From Carpediemonas membranifera BICM (Eukaryota > Protista > Fornicata): a stretch of DNA of 64,000 nt. Made by a program: the position numbers and the translations under genes. The notes below the pieces were generated by a model. The model made no database searches and had not been told where the DNA came from. It worked only from the letters and a program-made list of their open reading frames with translations. The stretch lies in assembly GCA_019828565.1 (NCBI GenBank), contig JAHDYR010000030.1, positions 62,001 through 126,000 of the forward strand, written 5' to 3'. Shown in pieces: positions 1 to 11,311 of the stretch. The first letter of the stretch is position 1. Each line of letters opens with the position of its first letter.

Positions 1-1380
1 TCAGTCCGTAACTTTCGCTACGAACCTTTCCATTCGGAAAGTGGGTCTCTCAGAATTCCTTTCGGAACCCTAAGCATGAGAGAGCTTTTCGCTGTTTTTC
101 ACTTTCGCTACTTCAGTTTACTAACTACCTCTCTCATAGGTACCAACGCGGAATTTTTGAAAACTCCAGTTTGATCGAGTACGCATGCTCACGGGGGAGC
201 TGGGAGGTGCCCCATTGCCGATTCGGGAGCAATGTTGGGGTGAAAAAGAGGACTGTGATATTGCCGAGGCACAATTTTTAATTTAAGTGCCTTTTCCGGG
301 CATAGTCAACGCTGGTCAAAAAAGTGACTCGGACCTCCCCCCCGTAGTTTTAGCTAGAAATGATCCTCAGGAACTCTCAGCTACCACTTCCGACTAGAAC
401 TAGTCGAGTCGTTGCCCCCTCGGAGCGACCTAAAACTGCCATCGAGCTCAGCGGCCGGGGAAGTGCAGCCAGTGATTCGGGATTGAAACAAGCCCCGTCT
501 AGTACATAACTACGCTTTATGGCAGTGGTAGTTGGTGGGCTGAGGTCCTTGTTGACCAAGGAAGACTGAAAAAATGTCTTTTCTTTGAATAACTCAGGCA
601 GACCTGGAGCTGGCAACCGCTGTCTCACCCATCCTAGAGTGCTTATATAGCTCTAGTAATGGGTGCAGAGACAGCTCTATCACTTGCTTATTGGGTGAGC
701 TGAGGTCGCTCAAAGTTGGGATCCGCGAGGTCGACCCCCCAATGAGGCTTCTTAGAACCATGCCAATTGCCGATCACACAACTACTATAGGTATAAGGAT
801 GCATGGTAGAGTGGCTAGCCTCAGGTTTATTCCTGGCGGCCAGACTGGATGGTGCTTGCCTGTCACTTGACGCGATCAAAGATAATTAAAGAAAGCATCT
901 GTATTGGGTGGCATGTGTACCATACGTCTTTCTATGTCCTATAGTGTTGTGTTTTGCCATTGGTTTGGCTCCAGCTCGCATCTGCCCGTCGTTGGAGATC
1001 GCTCTTGGCGGGACCAAAATCGACCTTGATCGCGACCGTGTGAACGCTGTAGACATTCTAGATGGCTTAAAGTGCCACCATCGCTCTAACTAAGCTTACT
1101 AACGGGGGTGGTGGTACTAGTTGTGTCAGCGGACACTTTGATTCAGTCAAACTGAAGTCAGCCTGGCGCTTCCAGAAATCGGTCAGTAGAGATGCCAGAC
1201 ACGAGCAAGTGCACAGATAATCCTAATACTGGCTCTAGAGCATGGATTCACTGCGTGTCCCGCGCTCCCACACCTCAAAGGTCTTGACTGGAACACGGAT
1301 TTCGACCATCTCAAAAGTGACCCGCCCAAGTGTCAGTATTCACTCAGTCCACTAACATCCCAGTGTTAGCCCAATCCAAG

Positions 1381-1882
1381 TCTATTGCCCCACTTTCAGC
1401 CCTCTACGACGTCCCAACTGAATTCCGAAAGTGGCTGTCCGAAGGCTCCGGGCCGCTGAACCGGGTGAAACTGACCATCGAGTTCAGGCCTGGCTCCTGG
1501 GCAAATGTACTCTATATGGCCCTAGATGGCGGCGTTATGGTCTGATCCGAGGTCTGAGGTCTGATGGAGTCAAGTCGAGTCGGTCGAAATTCACTTTTCG
1601 CCTAGAGCCGCTGGAGTGTCAGTGTGCACCCAGCCCACGTCCATCCTAGTTTTAGACGTATCTAAGGCTATTGCCCCACTTACAGTCTCTGGCTGGGTGT
1701 CATCCGAATTCAGTAGTGCCGAACTCGGTGCTCAGCGTCGCCACCGCGATCACGGCTGACACTGAGTTCAAAGCTGTTAGTGGGGCAACCGCACTCTATC
1801 CAGGCCTAGTAGCTGTAGTTACGCCAGTGGGTGCAGGCTGAGGGTGTATTGAGTCAAACTGAGTCGTCATTTTCGACGACTC
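1381..1882. repeat. Diverged ~286-bp tandem units with internal fold-back symmetry
   Basis: ctattgccccactt occurs at 1382 and 1668, followed by similar gagttca...gggcaa...actctat...cctag. Inverted arms ttgccccact-t-acag (1671-1685) / ctgt-t-agtggggcaa (1774-1788). Perfect hairpin gagtcgtc-attttc-gacgactc at 1861-1882. Confidence 0.65.
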
Positions 1883-2323
1883 CAGAAATTAAGGTTTGGA
1901 GTTTAAAAAATAAATATGGGTCAGCCATCCTGTATGAGCTTCTATTCTGATGCGATGGTGTGAGTTTCAGCCCTCTCCGACCTCTACTCGTCATGTTCGA
2001 TGTCGGTCGAAATCGATGCTTGGGCCGACTCCAAACGCATACTTCCAGTGTGCGCCCGCTGGTAATGGCCCGGATCCAGATGTTAGAGGGCTATACAAGC
2101 ATTATGGCAGAGCGACAGCGATTCGATGGTAGTAGTCGAGGTGACGGCATCGCTCAGCTTCGGACCCGCAGTCTCGGGAGGATTTCGAAAGTCAGGTGAA
2201 CATGTCACCAACCAAATCGATGGTCGATATAGCTTCGGAATGGGCTCTAAAGCATGCATGCACGCACCATTTTGAGTGATGGAGTCTGGGATGACATGGG
2301 GTCTGACCGACCCAGACCGATTT
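1740..2323 (+). repeat. Dispersed non-coding repeat, copy 1 (~580 bp)
   Basis: Near-identical to 14920-15482; the spurious ORFs at 1950/15126 and 1960/15136 have identical translations. Confidence 0.9.
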
Positions 2324-4425
2324 TGCTGTGTGCCAAAGGGCCGGCCTCCCGGCCTGCCCTTGCACACGCTTGGTCCTTCCTCTCCCCCGCGTCGACTGCC
2401 CCGGGCTCCGCCCTCGTAGCTGCGCTACTCGGGAATTTGGTCGGCTCAACCTTGGAATCGACGTATCTCACGAAGGAGGGGTAGTTGAGCTCCCGCGCTG
2501 CGCCAGGGCGTTTTACACGGTTAGATAAGCATGCTCCCGCAGTTTTAGGACCCAATTCGGCCTGTAGCTCGAGTTCTGCCCAACTTGGTATTCGATTTAC
2601 ATATTACAGGGGGCGGGGCCCGGTATACATGCCGGGATGGTGGGCTAGTCTTTCTTTCTTTCCCCCTTCTCTTCTCCTCTCCTCTCCTTCCTCTCTCTCC
2701 CGGCGTTCGGACGGGCTGGGGGCGGGTTGGGCTGACTGACGGCTGGCTGACTGAACGAATGAAAAAATGGCAGAGAGAACGGCTACAGGTATGCAATGAA
2801 GGGCGCTGAACACGATGGCGCATAGTGTGGGCGATGAACGGGCGCAAAAGGCAAAAGTCTACGACATCCCGTATTCCCGAGTGGTCTCCCACCTCAGTAC
2901 TGACGATTGGGACTGAGACAAGCCCGTAGACGGCGTAAAAGGACCCAGCGCCGTCTGCCAAAAAGGTTTGCGCTGGCAAAAAGATTACAGTTGCTCTCAG
3001 CTTTCTCCGACAGCCATTACGCCAGACAAGTAGTGATTAAAATCCGCGTCGGGGAGACAGCACGAAAATTGCCCCAGACCTTGATGTTGCTTAGTACAGC
3101 TGGGATCGGCAGTTGGTGCCGGGGCTGGGGCCGTGCATGGGCATGGTGCGGGCCGGCACCGGAGGACGGGGGGTACCGCGGGAGGTAAAGCACCTATAAA
3201 GGTAGCAATGTGTTAGATGATCCTCATACTGTCATATGGCGTGCCGAGAGGTGCTCCAGGGCGGCATGGCTGGGGTGTGCTCCGGATGGAACTCCTGGGC
3301 CAAATTTCTACCCTTGGGGAGAGCTACATAGATGAAGAAGCTAACAGAGAGTGTATAGTGATACTAGAAGACATATCACGAGGGCTGTGCTTTCAGTACT
3401 TCTGAGTATAGCGGGTTCTCGATGTCATCGCCGAAAGTGGCACAGTGAGATGTCTTCAAGCGTTTGAACCACAAAGCAGCGTTATTAAAGCCATATTAGC
3501 CTCACTGCTTCGCTTTCACGTGATTCTGATGACCTCACCAACACCTTCAAACCATCGCTCGAGCTCTGCGACCCAATCCGCTGAAAATCGACTCGGTCGG
3601 CCATGGTCACCAGGGCGCCAACAGCCTGTCCTAACGAGTTTATACGGGCTAGAAGGGACATAAGAGGTCTCATTTCGGCCTGGATGGTTGGAGAGCTTGG
3701 AGGCCAGACCAGCATGGATGCCCGCGGATGGAGCAGCAGCAGAGCGCCAAACCGGCACCGTGGGTCAAATGAGGTATTAACTGGCCGAAATGTACATGAA
3801 TATGACGGCAGAACTCACCAGAATGGCCCTATCCTGTGGCTGGTCGACCTGCTACGAGGCCGACTGACTTGGAGTCAGACAGACGCCCACAGCAAGACTT
3901 AGCGTTACTGACGCCGGCTCTGCGGTGACTACTGGAGTGAGACAGCCACAGCCCGACTCCCCCACGAGGGTGGCGACAGGGAGTGGCGATACAGCGCTTT
4001 CAGCCGAGAAAACTGCAGCAGCGCTTGCTCTTGCTGCAGTTGCAGCGCATAAGCGCCACGGCAGACCGGCGATTGACCATTTATGTGACGGCATGTATCA
4101 GCATTATTGGGCAGAGCACAGCGCATGAGACCCGAAAATGCAACACCGGCTGCATGAGCAGTAGAATGACATGATACCAGCGATATAGCAGTACAAAGAT
4201 AAGCTAGCAGCGTTTTAGTACAGGATGAATTGCTTGCGGCGTCATAATCTCGTTGCTGCCCGAATTGCGATGGAACTACGAGATAACCAGTCCATAGTCA
4301 TGTCAGGACAACAACTGAACAATATGCTGGCGTTTGTGAACCCATTATGTCTCAAGGTACTGTTACGTGGATCCCCTCGACGATAACCCCACACGCCCAT
4401 CGACGACGCCAGCTCGTTCGACCGG

Positions 4426-5595
4426 ATGCCGTCAGGTGACGAGGAGTACCCCCCTTTCCGCGAGATATGCATGGTTTTCGCCCTGGGAGACCACTCGTTG
4501 TCTTGCATCAACCACAATAAGAGTTTCGGCGATAACGTCACTGAAAACGACCTGAAGTTTATCATGCTGCATATAGCGAAGAGCATTGAAGTTACCCACA
4601 GCTTTGGCGTCGCCCATAGGGACCTGAAGCTCGCCAACATCCTCGTCCAGGAGAACCGGTGCCAGCTCACAGACTTCGACCTGACCCGCCGCCTGAGGTC
4701 CCGGAACGACAGCCCTCCGCTCACAGGCAAGGTCTGCACGCTTTGGTACCGCCCGCCCGAGTGCTTCCTCCAGACGCCATCGCCGACGATGAGGAATAAG
4801 GTGCATATCCGATACGACCGCAAGATTGATATATGGTCTCTGGGGTGCATGATGTTCGAACTTCTGACAGGCAAGGTTCTCTTCCCTGCGAAGCCGAAGG
4901 CCAACGAAGACGGCGAAGAGATTGCCATGCGCCTCATCTACTCGATGATCGGCACCCCCGCCTCCACCGGCTGGGCAACCGGGCTGGACCTGCTCCGGCA
5001 CAGGTACGCTAGGCCCGAGCTTGCCCCGCCCGCCCGGGACACAGGCTTCGTGCCGCCCGTGCCCTATCATGGTGTTGCCGCATATCGCCGCAAGCAGCGT
5101 GATGATCTGACACTCGTGGCCATGCCGACGGAGGTCAGGGCCCACCCGGTCGTCCAGGAAATGCTCGACCCGAAGGCCCGGCGCCCCATCAAGAGCGACG
5201 ATAGTCTCTACCTCGCAGTAGACCTCATGATGTGGATGCTGGATCTCGATCCAGACCGCCGGCCCACCATACAGCAAGTCCTGGGCCACCCCTGGCTGAA
5301 GTCGACGCAGGTTAAGGACGCCCCCAGTCCTGAGCGGTATGAGGTGGACTTCCCCCGACTTATCGGGCGAGAGGCGGGACCCTGTCTTGATATACGGCGC
5401 GCACGGGAGGAGGCGTTGAGGAGGAACCAGCAGTCCAGCATATCAGTGCAGCCACGACCCTTGCCGGCCACTGCGGGGGTCGTGGGCCAGGGGCGGCAGG
5501 CCTACCTCGCCCCGACCCGGAGGGGCAGGGGTGCAGGCGTGGGCAAGAGGAAGCTGCCGGATAGAGGGAGGGGGAAGCGGGGGAGGTACAATTGA
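4426..5595 (+). CDS. CDK-like Ser/Thr kinase, C-lobe only; probable pseudogene or pseudokinase
   Basis: HRDLKLANIL, VCTLWYRPPE and DIWSLGCMMFELL are present; DFG is changed to DFD. No intact Gly-loop or VAIK in frame, with a possible decayed remnant IIGQST upstream near 4100. Confidence 0.7.
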   Translation: MPSGDEEYPPFREICMVFALGDHSLSCINHNKSFGDNVTENDLKFIMLHIAKSIEVTHSFGVAHRDLKLANILVQENRCQLTDFDLTRRLRSRNDSPPLTGKVCTLWYRPPECFLQTPSPTMRNKVHIRYDRKIDIWSLGCMMFELLTGKVLFPAKPKANEDGEEIAMRLIYSMIGTPASTGWATGLDLLRHRYARPELAPPARDTGFVPPVPYHGVAAYRRKQRDDLTLVAMPTEVRAHPVVQEMLDPKARRPIKSDDSLYLAVDLMMWMLDLDPDRRPTIQQVLGHPWLKSTQVKDAPSPERYEVDFPRLIGREAGPCLDIRRAREEALRRNQQSSISVQPRPLPATAGVVGQGRQAYLAPTRRGRGAGVGKRKLPDRGRGKRGRYN

Positions 5596-5708
5596 ACGGA
5601 CGCCGCTCATTGGTCGTGAATCCCCAGCCAGTGGTCTTGGTGAGAGTTCGATGTTTTGTTGCCTTTGTTGATAAAACTATCATCCTCGAAAAATCTTTAC
5701 TATATCAC

Positions 5709-7815
5709 TCACAGCTCCCGCTTCCGGCTCATGATGCGGCGCTTGGCCACCATTTGCAGGGTATTCCGTGTTACAGTCTTCCTGGCCTCATCAAAGGGGT
5801 TCCCCTCCACGGGGACACAGGGGCCGTCGTCCTCGAGCTCTTCCCCGGCGTTGGGGAAGGATGACGCGTACCACTCCTCGAACGATGCCAGCAGCTGGGC
5901 CTTGGCCCTGTTGCCGAGCGTCTGGATTGCCTTGACCTCCGCGGTGACCTCCCGCAACCGGTCGTACGCCGCCCTGTACGCGTTCTTCGCGGCCTTGAGC
6001 TCGTCTGTCATCTGAGAGGCCTCCGCGTCAACGATGCCCTTAGCCTCGTCCTCCTCGGCGGGGTGGGTCCTCGAGCGCTCAGCCAGATGCTCCGTGAGAG
6101 TGTCGATGCGGCTCTTGGCCTCGTTCACCTCATTGGCCAGCGAACGGCGGTCCGCCTTCTTGCGGGCGAGCTCGGCCTTGTTCTCTGAGACGGAAGCTGA
6201 CATCACCGCGCCCTCGCCGGCACAGAAGCGTTCAAACCCTTCCTCCTTCGACGGGGCGGGTTCAGCGTCCTTATCCTGCTCCTGGACAACGCGGGGGACG
6301 ATCTTCGGCTTCGTCTTCACGGGCGAGGCCGACGATGCGATGGCAGAGAGCCCCACGCTGAATCCGGACGTGGCGGTGACGTTGCCGACACCGGAGGTCG
6401 AGGGGCGGCTGGCGGCTGCGGTTGGCTTGCCTGCACCGCTCGTCATTTCCTGGGCGTGGTCCTGGTCGTCGATCGTGCCGGAAGGATCAGTGACAGTTCC
6501 GGCAAGGGACTTGAATTGCCGGAAAACTTCCTTGATCTGACCGACAGATACGATTTCAATATCGTCAGATTCGCCGGCCATGTACTTGCGGACCTGCTGC
6601 CGGATGTCGAAGATCTGATCGTCGGACAGCGTGCCGTAGTTGACGCCGGCACGGTTGGCAATGGCGTCATGCATCGCAAGCTCCTGCTTAAGCTCGCGGA
6701 CCTCCCTCTCGAGCTTCTTAACCATCATCACGGGGTCCATCGACTCGTTGACGACGGCGTGGTTGTTGACGCACATAACGCGCTCAGCGAAACGCAGTGT
6801 GGACACCGTTTCATCCAGATGCGCTGTCTCCCCATGGATGTTGGCGATCATGGACGTCTTGCTGTTACCCCCCAGGGAGTCCCGCAGCACGTTCGTCAGC
6901 TTGCTCTGGCGGTACGGGATGTGGTCCCGGTTCTTGGTCGAGAGCGCCACGACCACCTGCTCGAGGAAAGTGAGTGATTTGTTGATGTAGTTGGCTTCCT
7001 GGAGGATCTTGCCGTCAGATTTGGTCTTGGTCACGCGCTCAGAGCCGGCGAGATCAACCAGATGAAGCTTGCTCGTCACCACCTTCTCAGCGACAGACGT
7101 GTTGTGGCGCTGCTCTACGTGGATGGTGAATATGCAGTGAGACCGGGAGCTGGCGTTGTTCATCTGGTGCTCGGCAATCACCCGGGTCGTGTCGCCCTGG
7201 AAGAGATAGTGCATGCACTCCTCCTCGGTGGCGCATACAGGCATCGTGAGACCGCGAACAACGGTGTTGCCGCTTGAATCGTCCTGGATCTGAAGATGGC
7301 CAGTCATTTCGTTTGGAGACAGAAGATCGTAAAGCTGCTCGTTATAAATCTCAAGATACGAAACGCGCACGGTAGCGATTGTGCCTGGGCGTTCGTTGAG
7401 GAGTCGGAATAGGTCAATGATGGCCCGGGGGACGACGCCTCGCTGCAGATAAGACATGGAAGTGTCGCCCGTCATCGTGTAGGTCTTTCCTGGGTAAGAT
7501 GCGTCTGGGAACGGTGGTGTACATACCTGCGCCAGTCTGGCCGTAGCAGAAGACAGTGCCGTTGAATCCAGAGACGACGCTCTCAACAGTAGGACGGGCA
7601 CAGCTCTCGTACACGTCCTGCTGCGGTGCGTCCTTCATCACTCTGTCAAAGTTGAATGTGTATACCTTCTGCTGGTTGTCGAGGAACGAGCTGCTGTCGC
7701 TCTTCGAATGCCCCAAGTTCACGGTAACTCCGGCGTCGGTAACGGAGAGAGCTTCAGAAAAGGCTGCTGTGGGGCGCAGACGAACAGCTACTTGAATATT
7801 GCCGCGCTTTGGCAT
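5709..7815 (-). CDS. Kinesin-9 family motor (KIF6/KIF9-like), 2 exons, ~689 aa
   Basis: Removing a 37-nt GTATGT..CAG intron (7490-7526) restores the P-loop GQTGAGKTYT. SSRSH, LVDLAGSER, HIPYRQSKLT and LKQELAMHD are present. Confidence 0.92.
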
Positions 7816-8014
7816 AGTTTCCTTGATAAGAACTGGAGAAGAAGGTTGTTGGCCTAAAACTGCGAATATTTTACGGACGACGGCTTAGAAGCCAGTACAT
7901 GCACCCTAGAGGCGGAACAGATGCATCCCTGCAATCAATAAGGAAGCACAAGAAACCTTTCAGAGAGACCCCGAGTGGACCCTTCCAAGTCCAACCACGG
8001 CCAGCCCTCATGCG

Positions 8015-8791
8015 TCACTCAGGCGCCCTCTTATCGCCCTTCTCGAACGCCACAGGCCCCTTCCGCTTGACGGCCCCACTCACCCCCTCGGCCCCCTCGA
8101 ACGCCTTGCTGGCCTCGTGTCTCGCCCCCTCGGCCCAGCTCCGGTCGCTAACACTGTACAGCTTGTCCACGGCATGGCTCTTGAACATTGGGCGGCTGTA
8201 CATCCCGGGACCGTGGCCCGAGTCCTTGTCCTTTGTGAAGAGACGAGGGTCAAACTTGGATGTCGAGGCGGCTGGACGCTGGCCCAGTGCCACCTTCTCG
8301 CTGATGTCGCGGTGCCGGTCACGGTTGGCATCGCGCATGCGGGCTGCGCTGCTTTCACCGAGGTTCAAAGCAAGCTTGGCGGCGGCGGCGCGGAGGCGAT
8401 CTTCCTTCTCCCGCTGGGCAGCAGATTCGGCTGCTTCCTTGAGATCTGCACGTTGCTTCATCTCTGCAGCAACATTAGACTCTGCAGCACGGATGGCGTC
8501 GGCGTTGTCCACGTGTTTCTCTGACCAGGCGGCGTCCTCTCGCTGGAGAGCATCGGTTGCCACTCTTTGAGCTAGTGGCATGATGTAGCCTCGTTGGTTC
8601 TTCCATGCGGAGACGAGGCTGGGCAGTTTCCATTCTGCTGCCTCTTCTTTGCTCAGTTTCTTTGGTTCACGGTGAAGGACGACGATAGGGTCCTCGTCAA
8701 TCACCATCTCCTTGTGTCTACGCGCCTTTGATGGCTGAAGGGGGTCCTTTTTGGCCTGGCGTACTTGGATCAACTGTCCCTTCGGTGGCAT
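8015..8791 (-). CDS. SNW1: SKIP/SNW-domain splicing factor (Prp45-like)
   Basis: WKLPSLVSAWKNQRGYIMPL matches WKIPPCISNWKNxKGYTIPL; ISEKVALG and FDPRLF also match. Confidence 0.85.
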   Translation of the reverse strand: MPPKGQLIQVRQAKKDPLQPSKARRHKEMVIDEDPIVVLHREPKKLSKEEAAEWKLPSLVSAWKNQRGYIMPLAQRVATDALQREDAAWSEKHVDNADAIRAAESNVAAEMKQRADLKEAAESAAQREKEDRLRAAAAKLALNLGESSAARMRDANRDRHRDISEKVALGQRPAASTSKFDPRLFTKDKDSGHGPGMYSRPMFKSHAVDKLYSVSDRSWAEGARHEASKAFEGAEGVSGAVKRKGPVAFEKGDKRAPE

Positions 8792-8998
8792 TGTTCACTG
8801 ATCCGATACATTGCCAATGTAACACCGTAAATGGTCTGTACCCAGCTCCAGCTCCAGATCCAGTGATAACACTCACAATCACCCCTCCCTTCCCTTACAG
8901 ACAATGAGTGTGCCTCATCTCCTCGTCGGGAACATGCAGGCCGTTCTTCAATCCCATCACCGACGACTTTTTATAATACAAGACCCACTTCACCTCTC

Positions 8999-9625
8999 CT
9001 ACGCATCCACCTCTGGTCCGGAAGGCGGCAGTTTCATTGCAGGCATGGCTGAGGCGGTAAGATAGGCGGGCGTGGTGAACGGCGCCGTCTGGTTGAGCCG
9101 AGCCCTTGGCGTCGCGACATCGCTCGCAGCACTCCACATGGGACTGGTCATGTATGGGGAGCCCTGTGGGTGGAGGCGGGGCGACGGGGCGGTCTCCAGC
9201 TCTTCCCGTTTGTCGATGGGAAGGAAGTCGGGCTTGAAGTCGTAGTAGATGACCCCCTCTCGCAAATCACCGCCTGTGCTGGATCCCGCATAGCCGTGGT
9301 CCCTGAGTGTGCTGTTGTCGTCCGGGTATATGATGTTCTCTGAGTGCACCTGCTTCTTGTAGAGAACGACGCCGTTAATGGACCCACCGTGGCGGTCTTG
9401 GATCATTCGCCTGATCAGGAAGAGGGATGTGTCTACGGGAACCCGGATAGTGAAGTCTAAATAGCTCCAGGAGACGAGGCGGATGTGTAGGAGGATAATA
9501 TCGGAGGACGGCACGTTAACAGGCTCATAGTTGAAAGGAGGACGCGCAGGGCCTGATTCCTTCTTGCCCTTCTTCCCCTTCTTGCCCTTCTTCTTTCCTT
9601 TCTTCTTGCCGCCCTTTTTCGGCAT
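8999..9625 (-). CDS. Hypothetical protein, Lys/Gly-rich N-terminus plus possible ubiquitin-like domain
   Basis: Starts MPKKGGKKKGKKK at ATG 9625; the central ~90 aa has a beta-grasp-like pattern ending IYYDF. Confidence 0.65.
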   Translation of the reverse strand: MPKKGGKKKGKKKGKKGKKGKKESGPARPPFNYEPVNVPSSDIILLHIRLVSWSYLDFTIRVPVDTSLFLIRRMIQDRHGGSINGVVLYKKQVHSENIIYPDDNSTLRDHGYAGSSTGGDLREGVIYYDFKPDFLPIDKREELETAPSPRLHPQGSPYMTSPMWSAASDVATPRARLNQTAPFTTPAYLTASAMPAMKLPPSGPEVDA

Positions 9626-10165
9626 TGTGATGGTCGTGTTGGCAACTGTGGTGGAGTTGTGCAGTTTATGTAACACCTTACCTTATCGGGCTCAGCTGGG
9701 GCTGGGTCAGGACCATTTATGAAACTCAATTATTCTTACCGCCTAGCTATTGGGGTCGAAGAACGTGGGAGGCATGCTGCTCGCCACCTCGGTGGGCTGG
9801 TATGTCGGGCATGAACATCCCTTCCTCGGGCATGCCCGCGTCTATGGTCTCAAACGACGAGACGGCCGCGGTGTACCGGCAGACACCAGCTAGGCCGCGT
9901 CTACGACCCGCTGGCCGACGGCCTCCATCGGCGCTGCCACCGCCGGGGGGCGGGGGAGGGGCGTCCGTCTCGCCGGAGAGAGGAACACCGTTTGCGTCGA
10001 CCCAGGTCTCGCTGTTGAAGGTGAACTGCATGTCTCGCCGAGGTCTGCCTCAACGGGGCGCATGCGGCTGAACAGACGCGAGAGGGTGCTCTCCTTGGCT
10101 TTTCCTTCTCTTCCTTGGGCCATCCAAGCCCAAGCATCGCATGGCCATGTAGGAAAAATCCCTGT

Positions 10166-11311
10166 TTAAAATACATATGCATTCATCAGAAGCATCAGCG
10201 CCACGGCCACCAACAACACAGCACCGCTCCCCCCGGCAACAACCAGGCCGGTCTGCCCCCGAGCCTTAGCCTTCGCCGGGGACTCGGCCGGGACATGCTC
10301 GGGCTGGGGCTGGGAGGACCGCTCGGCTTCTAGGCGGAGGCCGTGTGCAGAGAGCACAGCCTGCCTAATTTTCCCCGTCGTGACCATGGTCTTGCGTGTA
10401 TCAGTCGCCAGCCTGACAAGCTCAGCCTCGAGCTCATCTCTCTCTGCGCTGACGGGCGGGGGTCTCCTCCTCGTCTCGGCCAGACTCCGGACAAAGGACT
10501 CCCGGTCGTCCTCGAGCTGGGCAATCGTCTCCTTGTGCTCGCTGATGGTCTGCCCCATGGCATGCAGCGACTCTCGGGTGGCGTCTCTCTCCTTGGTGTG
10601 ATGCTCGAGCATGTTCGCCCACTTGGCCCGAACACTCTGCTGCTTCGACTCAAGCGAGTCAACAAGATCGTCCGCGCTGATCTTCTCATTGGCGAGTCGG
10701 TGGTCGATCGTCTCGACCATCTCTGTGGCATCTGTCACCACCATGAGCTGGTCGTGGTTGGCCTCCAGCTCACTCCGCATCCGCTTGGCCTGGGAGAGGA
10801 GAGTAGTCAAAATGTCGATTACTACCGCGTTCTCCTTCTGAACGCTGACCTGCTGCAGGGCTTGGACAGTCGGGTCTGGGTTGGTGGTCGGGGTGGGGGT
10901 CTTGCGGCGGAACGACTTCAGACGCTCGAAACTGCTGGCGAGAACAGTGTCGACATCGAATTCACAGCGCTCGACGGGGGGTTTTGAGCTTTGGGGCAGG
11001 GGTTGTGCGTCCTTGAGGCACTCCCAGCTGTACGTCGAGGCAAAGGCGTCCACATCAATGTCCGACCATAGTTGCGCCAGCACAGTACCCACTGGGGTAC
11101 GGGTGATCTGGTCGCGGGAGAACAGCTTCGAGATCGCCCGAGGGGAGCCCGCAGAAAAGAGAATGGGGGATGTGGATGAAGTGATGTTTGGGGTCATCCC
11201 GCTGCGACGTGGGTTGTAGTCTTTCTTATTCCTGGTTGCCACGCGCCCATCAGAATGGATCATGAGGCCGCCCGCTTCTGGCTCCAGCACTGCGGCGTGG
11301 TTTGCAAGATT
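10166..11311 (-). CDS. Coiled-coil protein with C-terminal TM (tail) anchor; 5' end interrupted by element A
   Basis: Long ORF with heptad region and terminal AVLLVAVALMLLMNAYVF. The first 33 codons of the track ORF (11312-11410) are element-derived. Confidence 0.7.
   Translation of the reverse strand, partial: NLANHAAVLEPEAGGLMIHSDGRVATRNKKDYNPRRSGMTPNITSSTSPILFSAGSPRAISKLFSRDQITRTPVGTVLAQLWSDIDVDAFASTYSWECLKDAQPLPQSSKPPVERCEFDVDTVLASSFERLKSFRRKTPTPTTNPDPTVQALQQVSVQKENAVVIDILTTLLSQAKRMRSELEANHDQLMVVTDATEMVETIDHRLANEKISADDLVDSLESKQQSVRAKWANMLEHHTKERDATRESLHAMGQTISEHKETIAQLEDDRESFVRSLAETRRRPPPVSAERDELEAELVRLATDTRKTMVTTGKIRQAVLSAHGLRLEAERSSQPQPEHVPAESPAKAKARGQTGLVVAGGSGAVLLVAVALMLLMNAYVF

Noticed and set aside
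335-358. ctcccccccgtagttttagctaga resembling 17612-17638
   Set aside because: A short, low-complexity match that does not extend.
9747-10123. Short minus-strand ORFs between two genes
   Set aside because: No recognisable motif, and the coding frame could not be chosen.
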